Shown piece by piece: positions 1 through 9,315 of a stretch of DNA of 45,339 nucleotides (positions within the stretch are counted from its first letter, which is position 1; the number at the start of each line of letters is the position of its first letter). The stretch spans positions 1 through 45,339 of IMG/VR virus record IMGVR_UViG_3300032212_000029; one strand, given 5' to 3'. The notes under the pieces are model-generated. The model made no database searches. It was not told where the DNA came from and worked only from the letters and a program-made list of their open reading frames with translations. The DNA is from a virus. Its lineage: Duplodnaviria; Caudoviricetes. The translations under genes were made by a program, and so were the position numbers.

Positions 1-1
1 T

Positions 2-127
2 CTCGGGGTAGGCGTAGCGGTCGTACTCCTGGAGATCGTCGGTGGGCCAGTGGAGCGCGACGAGGTGCTGGTCGGGCTCATTCTGGAGCGCGGCATCGAG
101 GTAGCGCAGTCGCGGCTCGCCCGTGTC
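2..127. repeat. 126-bp terminal direct repeat, left copy (circular assembly overlap)
   Basis: 2-127 is identical to 45214-45339; joining the ends keeps the TerL frame open. Confidence 0.95.
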
Positions 128-1435
128 GTCGTCGTCGCCGAGGAACCAGCGCACCCGGTCGATCCCGGCCCGCACGCTCCCCGCGCCCTTCTTCGTCATC
201 AGCGCGATGGGCTTGCCCTGCACACTGAGCTTGGAGCCCAGCATCCGGTTCAGGGTGTCCACGCGCTCCTGCGGACCCTCCGAGACCACGGCGCGCACGT
301 CGTAGGCCTGCTGCAACTCCACGATGAGCTTGGCCCAGTCGTCGAAGGCCCGGCGCGTCGCGTACCAGACCTTGACACGGAAGGCGTGTCCCTTCTCGTC
401 CACCCCCCACAGCTTGATGACCGTGGGGTCCGGCTTGTAGCCGTAGTCGGTCGAGATCCCGAACCAGGCGACCGCCCGCTCCTCAAAGTCGGGCTCGAAC
501 ACCAGCCCATCCACGGGCTCCGGCTTCTCGGGCACCAGCCACCACTCGCGGTAATCGTCCTTGTGGCGCTTGAGCTTGTCCCGATGCACCAGCTCGCCAC
601 GGACGACGTGCTTGGCCTCGTCGAACTCGGGGTAGACCTGCCCGCTCACATCGACCCACAGGCCGTCCACGAGCCGCGCCTTCTCAAGCGGGGAGAGCCC
701 GCCGAGGCGGCGCATGTACTCCGCGCCCTGGCTGGTCCACGTGCCCCGCTGCGCGTCGTAGAACTTGGGGTTGTCGCGGATCGTAACCTTGATGCGCTGC
801 ATCTGATTGGTCGCCCGCGCCTTCGCCGGGTCGAGGCCGAGCACCGCGCACACCTCGTCGCTGAGGTCCATCTTCCGGTCGGCGCGTAGGTTGAGCCAGT
901 GCCGCTTGGGGCCGGGGTTGCAGTCCGCGATCATCAACGAGAACGGCCTGCCGTTACGCTGCACGTAGAAGCGACGGACACGCGTGGACAAGCGCTCCCA
1001 AGCCGATTGAAGCATCTCCGTGGCCTCGACCGCCCAGATCACGTCGTATTGCGTGGACATGATGCGATCCGGGTTGTCGAGCCCGCCCAGGTCGATCCGT
1101 GAGCAGCCGCGATAGGTGATGCCGTCCACCACCGTCTCCGCCTCGGGGTAGTCGTATTGCTGCCGCGAGCTGCGCGCCCGCTCCGGCGTGAGCACCGGGT
1201 GCCCCGTGCCCCAGATCTCGCTTTCCAGCGTGTCTAGGACGGAGTTGTTGAGCGAGATCCGCGTCTGGCGTACGAGCAACACACGGATACCCGGATAGGC
1301 GGTACATAGCGCGTCGATGAGCGCCCCGCCCGAGTACGTTTTGCCACCGCCGACCCCACCTTCGAGCAGCACCTCGGGATGCGTCGCCCGAAATAGCTCG
1401 ACCGTACGCGGCGTAACCGTAAGCGCCCGCACCAT
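2..1435 (-). CDS. terL: Terminase large subunit, N-terminal 478 codons (continues across the circular join to 44992)
   Basis: Manual translation from ATG at 1435: MVRALTVTPRTVELFRATHPEVLLEGGVGGGKTYSG (Walker A), YDVIWAVEATE (Walker B), ADCNPG (motif III), ISTDYGYKPDPT (RNase H-like nuclease Asp). Missing from the ORF track because it runs off the window edge. Confidence 0.93.
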   Translation of the reverse strand, partial: MVRALTVTPRTVELFRATHPEVLLEGGVGGGKTYSGGALIDALCTAYPGIRVLLVRQTRISLNNSVLDTLESEIWGTGHPVLTPERARSSRQQYDYPEAETVVDGITYRGCSRIDLGGLDNPDRIMSTQYDVIWAVEATEMLQSAWERLSTRVRRFYVQRNGRPFSLMIADCNPGPKRHWLNLRADRKMDLSDEVCAVLGLDPAKARATNQMQRIKVTIRDNPKFYDAQRGTWTSQGAEYMRRLGGLSPLEKARLVDGLWVDVSGQVYPEFDEAKHVVRGELVHRDKLKRHKDDYREWWLVPEKPEPVDGLVFEPDFEERAVAWFGISTDYGYKPDPTVIKLWGVDEKGHAFRVKVWYATRRAFDDWAKLIVELQQAYDVRAVVSEGPQERVDTLNRMLGSKLSVQGKPIALMTKKGAGSVRAGIDRVRWFLGDDDDTGEPRLRYLDAALQNEPDQHLVALHWPTDDLQEYDRYAYPE

Positions 1436-1441
1436 AGGCGG

Positions 1442-1798
1442 CTACTCGCCCTCGGCGCTGAGGTCGATGTCCACGTCCTGCACCTCGCCATCCGCGTCCA
1501 GCACCTTCGCCTGCACGCTCTCGACCCCGAGCAACCTCGCGCCCTCCGGCGTGTGGACCAGCCCCATCGGCTGCACCCCCTGGATCTCCACCGTCGTCGT
1601 CGCCTTGCCCACCAAGTGGTCCGCGTAATAGCGGTTCAGGCTGCCGAACGAGGGGTTGTCGGGGTCGCACGCCGCAGCGAGCCCAACGCGAAGGAGCGCC
1701 CGCCCAACGTCCTCCTCGGGAGCGCCCGCAAACGACTGCTGGGCCACCTCGTCGAGCACGTCACGCCACCGCTTCGGCTTCTTCTTGCCTTTTGCCAT
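1442..1798 (-). CDS. Putative terminase small subunit
   Basis: 118-aa ORF directly upstream of TerL; basic N-terminus MAKGKKKPKR and a DHLVGKATTTVEI segment resembling TerS C-terminal motifs. Confidence 0.65.
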   Translation of the reverse strand: MAKGKKKPKRWRDVLDEVAQQSFAGAPEEDVGRALLRVGLAAACDPDNPSFGSLNRYYADHLVGKATTTVEIQGVQPMGLVHTPEGARLLGVESVQAKVLDADGEVQDVDIDLSAEGE

Positions 1799-1984
1799 CG
1801 CGCCCCTTATACCCTCGAAGGCCCGTTGTCCAGCGGGAAAAGTGTAGGGATTCGCTACACATCGGCCCCAGTTTTCCAAATCGCGCTTCCCCACGTGTTG
1901 CGCGGCGCTTTCGGGCTTCGGATTTATCGCGCCCATAAGTGAGGCGTGCTGCCCGACTTAGGTGCTTGGCGCCGGTTTGGAGCG

Positions 1985-2013
1985 TTGCGCCCCTGTTGCA
2001 TTGCCGATATCTT
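1985..2013 (+). promoter_or_regulatory. Candidate sigma70-type promoter for the early arm
   Basis: TTGCGC-N17-TATCTT in the divergent intergenic region, upstream of SD AGGAG and ATG 2071. Confidence 0.5.
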
Positions 2014-2070
2014 GGGTGCAGGTCGAGCGATGGGCGCTTGGCCTACCACTACCGCACTCAGGAGTACAAC

Positions 2071-2751
2071 ATGAGCCACTTCAGCGTCCTCGTCGTGACC
2101 GACGAAGAACCTACAAGCAAAGTCCTTGCGCGCACCCTTCAGCCCTGGCACGAGTTTGAATGCACGGGGAATGACGACGAGTACGTCGTTTCCGTGGACA
2201 TCACTGACGAGACGCGCAGCGATTTCAGCAGGCCTCGCGCAATCGAGCCACCCCAGGGGGTTGACGACTTCGCCACTTTCGCCGCCGAGTGGCATGGCTA
2301 TGAGGTCCTGACCCTTGGGCCGGACGGCGAGCCGATTGGCCTGAACCTGAGCGGCGAGCACCAGTTCGGCTACATCACACTGGACCCCAAGACGGGCGAC
2401 GCGCGTGTGCTCCGTCGAACCAACCCTAACCGGAAGTGGGACTGGTACGTGGTTGGGGGGCGATGGCCGGACCAGCTACTGCTCAAGGATGGCAAGCGGG
2501 CCAACTGCGCACGAGTTGGCGACATCGACTTTGAACAGATGCGATCCGTGAACGGCCTGGGGGCTGGCTCGGCACCCCTTGAGGTGTTCGCCTGCGTCCA
2601 CGGTGGGGTCTGGCTTGAGCGCGGGAAAATGGGCTATTTCGCCTGCGTGAGCAACGAGAAGGGTCCGGCAGACTGGAACGCGGAACTGGCCGCCATCTTC
2701 GACTGCCTCAAGCCCGACAACTACCTGACGGTCGTTGACTGTCACATCTAG
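2071..2751 (+). CDS. Conserved phage hypothetical protein
   Basis: AGGAG SD; MSHFSVLV start, TNPNRKWDWYVVGGRW and terminal TVVDCHI motifs that I recognise from phage hypotheticals. Confidence 0.8.
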   Translation: MSHFSVLVVTDEEPTSKVLARTLQPWHEFECTGNDDEYVVSVDITDETRSDFSRPRAIEPPQGVDDFATFAAEWHGYEVLTLGPDGEPIGLNLSGEHQFGYITLDPKTGDARVLRRTNPNRKWDWYVVGGRWPDQLLLKDGKRANCARVGDIDFEQMRSVNGLGAGSAPLEVFACVHGGVWLERGKMGYFACVSNEKGPADWNAELAAIFDCLKPDNYLTVVDCHI

Positions 2752-2784
2752 CCGCCACCACCACACTGCTACACGGAGTAAGCC

Positions 2785-2994
2785 ATGAGCACCGAATCCG
2801 AGACCGGACCGAGCCAGATCGACCCGAAGCACCTAAAGACTGCCCGCACGTGGGTGGCTCGCTACCACGACAAATCGGCGTCAAGGGCGCTGACCTTGCT
2901 CAACCTGAACGTGGCCGTCGCGTCTGGGAACTTCCCCTTGGAGGCCCTGGAAGCCCTCCTCTGGCTTGCGAAGCCCAGCGCGGAGGAGTCCTGA
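2785..2994 (+). CDS. Hypothetical protein
   Basis: GGAG SD; stop overlaps next start. Confidence 0.65.
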   Translation: MSTESETGPSQIDPKHLKTARTWVARYHDKSASRALTLLNLNVAVASGNFPLEALEALLWLAKPSAEES

Positions 2995-3257
2995 TGCCTT
3001 TCGGAGACCAGCACTCGCAACAGGCCGCGATGGACCAGCGACTCGCTCACCCAGGAGCGGACACGCCGCGAACAGATGTTATGGCGCTTCTGGACAGCGT
3101 TGAGGCGCTGGGAGCGGAGCCCGAGGAGCTGCTTGACATGCTCGATGAGGGAGAGGGCGGGCCGCTTGGCGCTATCCTGACCACCCCGCTCGCCGCGCAC
3201 ATCGTGTTCTGCTACGCCACCACCACTATTGCCACCACCAAGGAGATCACCCAATGA
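2994..3257 (+). CDS. Hypothetical protein
   Basis: GGAGG SD; TGATG overlap with previous gene. Confidence 0.65.
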   Translation: MPFGDQHSQQAAMDQRLAHPGADTPRTDVMALLDSVEALGAEPEELLDMLDEGEGGPLGAILTTPLAAHIVFCYATTTIATTKEITQ

Positions 3258-3493
3258 GCACCAAACTACCCGAATGGATCGAGGCGCTGGCCTTCGACCA
3301 GGACATTCCCGAGCACCCCCCAGAGCGCGTCGTCAACCTTGACGACCTGCGGAGGGCCTGGGCGAAGCGAACCCCGCAGCCGGGCTTCCAGGCGCTCCTC
3401 CAGGTTGCGCGCGACACCGCCGACCACTTCGCGTTCACCAACGCGCCGCTGGGCAAAAGGGCGCGGGCTGCGATCACGGAGGCCACCCCATGA
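3254..3493 (+). CDS. Hypothetical protein
   Basis: AAGGAG SD; ATGA coupling. Confidence 0.65.
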   Translation: MSTKLPEWIEALAFDQDIPEHPPERVVNLDDLRRAWAKRTPQPGFQALLQVARDTADHFAFTNAPLGKRARAAITEATP

Positions 3494-3834
3494 ACACCCA
3501 CTACAAAATCCCCGACGGCCTCTCGCCCGAGGCTGACCTCTACATGCGAATGGATCGCATCCTTGACCGACTGCACGAGCGAGGGGCGGGCCTCCTGCCA
3601 GGACTTGGCCGTGATTGGCGCGAGTACCCGCACGGAACGCTGCGCAGGCTCGCCAAGCAGGTCCATCGCTGCGCCGAGCGCGCCAACGTGCGGCGAGACT
3701 ACGACGCAGACCGCGATTTCGAGCAGACGCTGACCGTCTGGCTGGACCTCCTGCTGCCGATGGTGCCCGAGTGTGACCGCGAGATCGCTCGGCGCGGTTT
3801 CTGGACGGTGTTTGACGGGGAGGGTGAAGTATGA
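3490..3834 (+). CDS. Hypothetical protein
   Basis: GGAGG SD; ATGA coupling. Confidence 0.65.
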   Translation: MNTHYKIPDGLSPEADLYMRMDRILDRLHERGAGLLPGLGRDWREYPHGTLRRLAKQVHRCAERANVRRDYDADRDFEQTLTVWLDLLLPMVPECDREIARRGFWTVFDGEGEV

Positions 3835-4292
3835 GCACGCCGATTCCAGACGACTACCGCCCGCCGATAAAGGCTCAGTTCAAGGCAGAGGTATCGATAT
3901 TGCGGTTCAATGGATCTAGCGACGGATACAGGGTGGAGATCAAGGACCGGGACAGCGGGGCAAGGATGCTCGTGATCCTCAGCCTTGAAGAGTTTGCTCG
4001 CTGCCTTGGCGGGCTCGTTAGCGATGCTGCGGGTCAGGCGATTCGCCTGCCACTCTTTGGAACGACCGAGGAGCGCAAGAGCGAACTTGTCCCCCACAGC
4101 GCCAGCAGCTACCTCCCGTCGGATGCGCCGCGAACACCCGAAGAGGACGAGTCTCTGCGGCCCTTCGAGGTGGACGGGTGGCGGGGTCACACTACAGATA
4201 TGCGCAACCAGCACCGAGGTGACGGCAAGGGAAGCTGCCGAGTTGGCTTCTCGCGGGACGTTCTCATTGAGGGTGGGGGGGAAGAGGCATGA
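3831..4292 (+). CDS. Hypothetical protein
   Basis: Coupled by ATGA on both sides. Confidence 0.65.
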   Translation: MSTPIPDDYRPPIKAQFKAEVSILRFNGSSDGYRVEIKDRDSGARMLVILSLEEFARCLGGLVSDAAGQAIRLPLFGTTEERKSELVPHSASSYLPSDAPRTPEEDESLRPFEVDGWRGHTTDMRNQHRGDGKGSCRVGFSRDVLIEGGGEEA

Positions 4293-4570
4293 AGGGCCGC
4301 ATCATCGCCGGGGACGGCATCACTTCCCCCATCGAGCGTGAGGCGCTGTGCCCCACCTGCGAAGACACCGAGAGCACCTGTGTGGCGTGCCGCGAGCCCG
4401 AGGGCCGATGTGACTGCGCGTGGGACTCACCTGAGTTTCAGCGCGACCTGATCGACAACTACTGGGGCGGGGACTCCTGCTTGGAGTTGTCGGTCGAGGT
4501 GCGCGAGGAGGCGTTCCGCGAGGAGCACCGGACCCGATTCAAGACCTGTGAGCTTTGCCCGGAGCGCTGA
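4289..4570 (+). CDS. Small Cys-rich protein (putative Zn finger)
   Basis: CPTC, CVAC, CDC and CELC motifs. Confidence 0.6.
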   Translation: MKGRIIAGDGITSPIEREALCPTCEDTESTCVACREPEGRCDCAWDSPEFQRDLIDNYWGGDSCLELSVEVREEAFREEHRTRFKTCELCPER

Positions 4571-4571
4571 C

Positions 4572-4838
4572 ATGCCACGGCCTAAGATCCTGGACCCGCT
4601 GGCGCTGACCATCATGCTCGCCATCGCCTTCATCACCCTCTACCTCGTTTTCGCTATGGACATCACCGCTTTCTTTCCCACGCTGTTTGCAGTCACGATC
4701 CTCATCACCGGCATCGCCGGACTCGCGACACTCCTCGCCTGTAGCTTGGAGCGCATCGAGGGCGTGAACGACCCCGGATACATCTCGAAAGAGGTGGTCC
4801 GCAAGGCTGCCTCAACATCAGAGCTGGAGGGGGAGTGA
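4572..4838 (+). CDS. Small membrane protein, two predicted TM helices
   Basis: Hydrophobic stretches LALTIMLAIAFITLYLVFAM and LFAVTILITGIAGLATLLAC. Confidence 0.65.
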   Translation: MPRPKILDPLALTIMLAIAFITLYLVFAMDITAFFPTLFAVTILITGIAGLATLLACSLERIEGVNDPGYISKEVVRKAASTSELEGE

Positions 4839-5170
4839 TGGAGAAATGTAAGGAGGAGGTGTGGCACGGATACTCTAGTAGTCGATGTTCCCGCAACGCC
4901 AAACGCGACGGCTACTGCACCCAGCATCACCCCGAAACGAAGGCTGAGCGTAAACGCAAGCAGGCAGCGCGATGGGAGTTCATGCGCGATAGGAAGCGCG
5001 CTGAGCGCGAGGCGAGAGCGCTCAGGGATCGCAAAGCCGCAGCTCTGGATGAACTCCTGGACGGCTTAGAAGGCCTCGCCAGCAGCGTGGCATCAACGTG
5101 GGTCTGCGAAGAGATCGCCAAGTTGACCAAATCAGCCCGGAGCGCGTGTGCTTCGGGAGAGGAGGAGTAG
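4838..5170 (+). CDS. Hypothetical protein with CCCH-type N-terminal motif
   Basis: C..RCSRNAKRDGYCTQHHP followed by a helical tail. Confidence 0.65.
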   Translation: MEKCKEEVWHGYSSSRCSRNAKRDGYCTQHHPETKAERKRKQAARWEFMRDRKRAEREARALRDRKAAALDELLDGLEGLASSVASTWVCEEIAKLTKSARSACASGEEE

Positions 5171-5508
5171 TGGAGGACCAGAGCGCCGTTTACTGGGCTC
5201 GGAGGCGGGCAGAGAACCGGACCCCGGCTTTCACGCCCGCCCCGATGTCCCCGTGGGTCGCCCGCGTGGCGAAACAGATCGAACACTCGCAACTCGGAGC
5301 ATCCCGCGCCGAGCACCCCGAAACCCCAAACCCAGGACCCCAAGTGAACCAGTACGCACTCACCCTCACCTACGAAGTCAGCGGCGTCGAGAAGGTCGAG
5401 CAGATCGCCCTCGACCGCACCCAGTCCGCCGCCTACTCGGTGGCGCTCCAGGAGGCCGACGGCGGCTTGATCGAGGTCTCGGTCTCGCTCGCCGCCGAGC
5501 CCTCCTAA
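5170..5508 (+). CDS. Hypothetical protein (start uncertain; alternative GTG at 5344)
   Basis: GTG overlapping the previous stop with a GGAGG SD. Confidence 0.5.
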   Translation: MEDQSAVYWARRRAENRTPAFTPAPMSPWVARVAKQIEHSQLGASRAEHPETPNPGPQVNQYALTLTYEVSGVEKVEQIALDRTQSAAYSVALQEADGGLIEVSVSLAAEPS

Positions 5509-5513
5509 CCGAA

Positions 5514-5675
5514 CTCCCGCCGCCAGCCGGGCTGTGGTGGCCCAAAAGCCCTCGATGGGGAACGGCGGCGCGGGGGTGCTGAAACTGGCAAAGCCCCATC
5601 GAGGCACCTTTCACCCCTCCCCGAGCTGCGGGCTCGCCGGGGAGGGGCTTCACCACCGAGCCCGAGTACACCCCC
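5514..5675 (+). promoter_or_regulatory. Structured intergenic RNA element with competing helices
   Basis: Complementary pairs 5550-5560/5594-5604, 5614-5623/5638-5647, 5629-5636/5657-5664 and 5572-5578/5669-5675. Confidence 0.5.
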
Positions 5676-5691
5676 TAGAAAGGAGTTGGAT

Positions 5692-6204
5692 ATGTTTGGA
5701 TGGAAGGAGTTGAAGCGTCGCGTTTTCGAGCTTGAAGGGCGACTGGAAACCGCTGAAGGCCATGCCCTCGACGCAGCTGCGCGCGCCAGGGGGCTAGAGG
5801 GGCAGCAGGGCGGGATGCGGACGCGTATTACCGATCTCGGCTTTCGCATTCACGCGCTGTATGCCCGCGTAACCGAGTTGGAGGGCAAGCCCGCCGAATC
5901 CGAGAGTCCCGCACCGAAGGTCTCACTTCCACTTGGGATCAAGCCCACGGATGAAGAGCGAGCCCTCTTCACCCCCTGGGGGCTTCAAGAGCGAACGCTG
6001 CGAAGGGCCGTCGCGGTCAAGCGCTTGCTGGAGAGCGAGGATCGTGCGTTCACCAGCGACGAAGTCTTTGACCACATCGAAACCTTGATGCTCTCGACCG
6101 CAAGCGCCCGGATGACCGGGGTGCCGACAGTCGTGCGGGGCTTCGAGCTGTTCGCGAGCACCGTCGGGCTTGGCCTTTACCGCGCAGACAAGTGGAGCCG
6201 CTGA
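5692..6204 (+). CDS. Hypothetical coiled-coil protein
   Basis: AAGGAG SD; heptad-like repeats RVFELEG / RVTELEG. Confidence 0.7.
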   Translation: MFGWKELKRRVFELEGRLETAEGHALDAAARARGLEGQQGGMRTRITDLGFRIHALYARVTELEGKPAESESPAPKVSLPLGIKPTDEERALFTPWGLQERTLRRAVAVKRLLESEDRAFTSDEVFDHIETLMLSTASARMTGVPTVVRGFELFASTVGLGLYRADKWSR

Positions 6205-7055
6205 TGATCGACATCAACTTCACGGGCCGCATCGACGACATGCCCATCGGGGACTACCACGCCCTGCCGCACCTCAGCTCGTCGGGGGTTCCTTACATCC
6301 TCACGAGCCCCGCGCACTACAAGCAGAAGGTGTGGACCGACTCGAAGGCAAAGCGCATCGGAGGCGCTGTCCACTTGCTGCTGCTGGAGCCCGAGAAGGT
6401 GGCGAAGTTCATGCCGAAGATGCCCGAGCTTGATCGGGGGCCGGGTGGCGGAATCACCAAGAAGGGCCGCGAGGAGAAAGCCGCGTGGATGGCGAGTCTG
6501 TCGAAGGATGTGCTGCTGCTCGACGACGAGGAGCGCGGGGTCGCCGAGAAATGCGCCGCCGCCATCCGCGAGCACCCCTACACCCAGAACCTCGCCTTCC
6601 TCTGCCCACAGCGGAGCGAGCGCGAAGTGAGCCTTTTCTTCACCGTCGAGACCGAGGAGGGGCCGTGCCACATGCGGGCGCGACCCGACTCCATCGTGCC
6701 CGGCCTCGCCTGCATGTTCGACCTCAAGACGACGATGGACGCGGAGCCGAACGCGCTACGCAGGCACGCCGAGAACTACGGGTGGCACCGTCAAGCCGCG
6801 CTCTACACGCGAGCCGCTGCCGCCTGTGGAGTCGAGTTGCGCGACGAGCGCATGGTTTTCGTGGCCGTCGAGAAGTCAGAGCCGTTCGGCGTGCGTTTCG
6901 TGGCCTACGACGACGACGCGCTGGAGCAGGGCGACCGCGACGTGATGCGCGCCGCGACGATCTGGGCGCGCTGCCACCGGACCGGAGAGTGGCCCAGCTA
7001 CCCCAACCGCATCGACACACTTCACCTTTCCCCCTGGATGATTGACTCGGAGTAG
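6204..7055 (+). CDS. RecE/exonuclease VIII-like PD-(D/E)XK exonuclease
   Basis: DYHALPHLSSS, GGAVHLLLLEP, RARPD...DLKTT and YGWHRQAALY motifs; upstream of a RecT-like gene. Confidence 0.88.
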   Translation: MIDINFTGRIDDMPIGDYHALPHLSSSGVPYILTSPAHYKQKVWTDSKAKRIGGAVHLLLLEPEKVAKFMPKMPELDRGPGGGITKKGREEKAAWMASLSKDVLLLDDEERGVAEKCAAAIREHPYTQNLAFLCPQRSEREVSLFFTVETEEGPCHMRARPDSIVPGLACMFDLKTTMDAEPNALRRHAENYGWHRQAALYTRAAAACGVELRDERMVFVAVEKSEPFGVRFVAYDDDALEQGDRDVMRAATIWARCHRTGEWPSYPNRIDTLHLSPWMIDSE

Positions 7056-7061
7056 AGAGAT

Positions 7062-7409
7062 ATGAGCAACGACACGACAAAGGAACTGGGTCGCATTGCG
7101 TCCGTCAAATTCGGAATCGATGGCTACCAAGAGGCCATGATCGGCCTGTTCGTTACCCTCAACTTTAGTGGGGGCGGCACGCAGGTGTCCGAGTGCGCGT
7201 GGGACCCCAGCATCGTCGAGCGCAGCGAGCACGCCGCGTGGACCGAGGAGGAGCGTGGCAGGAAGCTGGAGGGCATCATGCGTAAGGTGTCGGAGCTGCT
7301 CAAGCAGGCTAAGGTCAGAGACGTGAATGCCCTCGTGGGCATCCCGGTCGAAGTCGAAACCAGGGGTCTTGAAGTGCTCTCGTGGCGCATCCTTGAGGAG
7401 GTACTGTAA
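7062..7409 (+). CDS. Conserved phage hypothetical protein
   Basis: Clean ORF; LGRIASVKFG...LVGIPVEV...SWRILEEVL pattern. Confidence 0.75.
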   Translation: MSNDTTKELGRIASVKFGIDGYQEAMIGLFVTLNFSGGGTQVSECAWDPSIVERSEHAAWTEEERGRKLEGIMRKVSELLKQAKVRDVNALVGIPVEVETRGLEVLSWRILEEVL

Positions 7410-7411
7410 AC

Positions 7412-8167
7412 ATGAGCAACGACACCAAGAACGAAGCCCTCGAAGTCTATGAGGCGCAGAAGGCCGACCGCTTCACGATGGCAAAAGCGCTCGCGCATTC
7501 CGACCTGTGCCCTGCGCAGTTTCGCGGCAAGCCCGCCGACATCCTGATCGTGATGCGGCAAGCCGAGGTGCTGGGCTGCGACCCGCAGAGCGCCCTTTCC
7601 AACATGTTCGTCGTGAAGGGCACGCCGGGCTACTCGTCCAAGTTCCTAATCGCGCAGGCGAACAGGCACGGCGTGTTCGATGGCCCGATCCGCTACAAGA
7701 CCGAGGGGCGTGGGCGTGATGCCGTCGTCACCGCATGGGCGAAGCTCCGCGATGGCAGCACCGTCGAAGGCGTGCCCGTCGGGTGGGAGATGGCCGAGGC
7801 CGCTGGCTGGACCAAGAACCCGAAGTACCGCGAGATCCCGGAAGTCATGTATCGATACCGAAGTGCGGCCTTCCTGATTCGCACGACCTGTCCCGAGGCG
7901 ACGATGGGGATGCTCTCCGTCGAGGAGCTGGAGGACATGAGCTACGCCGAGCGCGCCCGCGACGTGACCCCGGAGCCTTCACGCCTGGAGATCGTCGCGC
8001 AGGGAGGCGAGCCCGATCCGGTCGAGGAGCCCGCCGAAGTCCACCCCGAAGAGCCGGAGCCTGCGCTCGCCGAGGACGACATCGACACGCGGATCATGCG
8101 CGGAGAGGACATCCCCGACGGAGAGCTGTTTGGAAACGTGGAAGCGCCTGCGGAGGACCCGGCATGA
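7412..8167 (+). CDS. RecT/Red-beta-like single-strand annealing protein
   Basis: PAQFRGKPAD, DPQSALSNMFVVKGTP and PEVMYRYRSAAFLIR..PE..MG motifs, acidic tail; paired with the exonuclease. Confidence 0.82.
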   Translation: MSNDTKNEALEVYEAQKADRFTMAKALAHSDLCPAQFRGKPADILIVMRQAEVLGCDPQSALSNMFVVKGTPGYSSKFLIAQANRHGVFDGPIRYKTEGRGRDAVVTAWAKLRDGSTVEGVPVGWEMAEAAGWTKNPKYREIPEVMYRYRSAAFLIRTTCPEATMGMLSVEELEDMSYAERARDVTPEPSRLEIVAQGGEPDPVEEPAEVHPEEPEPALAEDDIDTRIMRGEDIPDGELFGNVEAPAEDPA

Positions 8168-8451
8168 AGATCACCATTACGTCAGACGCGCACCAGTGGA
8201 TCGTCAACGAGGTCACCATGGCGGGCGAGAAGTCGCGCACTCCCGGCGCGGAAGTCGTGAAGCCCGTGAGCTACCATCCAAGCATTGAACACGCGGTACG
8301 CTCAGCGTGCGACCGGGCGCTGCGGCGCAGGTGGCCTCCGGGGGGTGCGGAGTTGGCGGCGGTCGCACATTTGGTCCTGGACAGTATGCGGGACGTGCGG
8401 GAAGCCATCACCCGTAGCGCAGAGTTCGAGTGCCTGGAGGACGAAGCATGA
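8164..8451 (+). CDS. Hypothetical protein (possibly DUF5405-like)
   Basis: ITSDAHQWIV...GE....VSYHPS pattern; ATGA coupling. Confidence 0.6.
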   Translation: MKITITSDAHQWIVNEVTMAGEKSRTPGAEVVKPVSYHPSIEHAVRSACDRALRRRWPPGGAELAAVAHLVLDSMRDVREAITRSAEFECLEDEA

Positions 8452-8843
8452 GCGCCACCGAAAAGCTCTCTTCAGTCGAGCGTCGCGAAATGATCGAGGC
8501 CCTGGATGCGACCGATGCGTTCCGGCGCGAGGTCATCCAAAGGCACACCTTCATCGCTGCGGCCACGAATCACATCAAGTTCGCGTTCATCGGAGAGCGT
8601 GACGGCCTGCCCGGTGTTGGAGCGCTGGTGGCGACGATCAACGGCAAACCGTTTTTCGGGGATATCAACTTGGACGCAGTTGCCGAGTTGAACGCTGGTA
8701 TGGGTGGAGAGCACGTCAAGTCACGGCTTGCCGATATCTGCCGCGAGCTGATCGCCGAGGCCATTCTGCAAGCAGTCCCCGATTCGGTGATTGGGGAGGT
8801 CCTTATGGCGCTGGGTCAACGCGTGGACGGAGGTGGCCGATGA
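8448..8843 (+). CDS. Hypothetical protein
   Basis: GGAGG SD; coupled. Confidence 0.65.
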   Translation: MSATEKLSSVERREMIEALDATDAFRREVIQRHTFIAAATNHIKFAFIGERDGLPGVGALVATINGKPFFGDINLDAVAELNAGMGGEHVKSRLADICRELIAEAILQAVPDSVIGEVLMALGQRVDGGGR

Positions 8844-9100
8844 ACGCCAAGCCCCTGCCGTGTGCGGTGTGTGGATCGGATCCAATCCTCAGACCCTTGT
8901 CCTTCGGGCACGGTTTCAGCAATTTTTCCTGCCCGCAATATAGCTATAGGGAAACGTGGAAAGGGGGACATCCGGAAAGCCTGGCACGTCGCGTCCGCGA
9001 ATGGAACGAGCGCCAGCGGTCTATCCGCAACCTCATGCGCGAAGGTATCCCCAAGTTCGATGCCGCAAACGCGAAGGCCGACCCGCGAGGCTGGGCATGA
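8840..9100 (+). CDS. Small Zn-ribbon protein (Lar-like pattern)
   Basis: PLPCAVCG...C...WNER. Confidence 0.55.
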   Translation: MNAKPLPCAVCGSDPILRPLSFGHGFSNFSCPQYSYRETWKGGHPESLARRVREWNERQRSIRNLMREGIPKFDAANAKADPRGWA

Positions 9101-9315
9101 GGCTCGACCTGCCGCCATGCGGGAGCTGCGGCTCGGAGCCGCTCGTCAAGCGCACGAAGCGCGGACGCGTCACCACCATCGTTGTGGCGCACCCGGACGG
9201 AGTGGACTGCGAGCACGTGGACTACTGCGAGCAGACGCGGTCGAGCCTGCAAGGGCTGGCCGTGAAGTGCGCGACCAGAGCCTGGACTCGGATCTGCGGG
9301 GGAGGCGAGGCGTGA
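9097..9315 (+). CDS. Small Cys-rich protein
   Basis: LPPCGSCG start; coupled. Confidence 0.55.
   Translation: MRLDLPPCGSCGSEPLVKRTKRGRVTTIVVAHPDGVDCEHVDYCEQTRSSLQGLAVKCATRAWTRICGGGEA

Noticed and set aside
5509-5600. Circularly permuted tRNA-Leu
   Set aside because: Acceptor-like pairing and a D-loop-like stretch exist, but there is no T loop or anticodon arm
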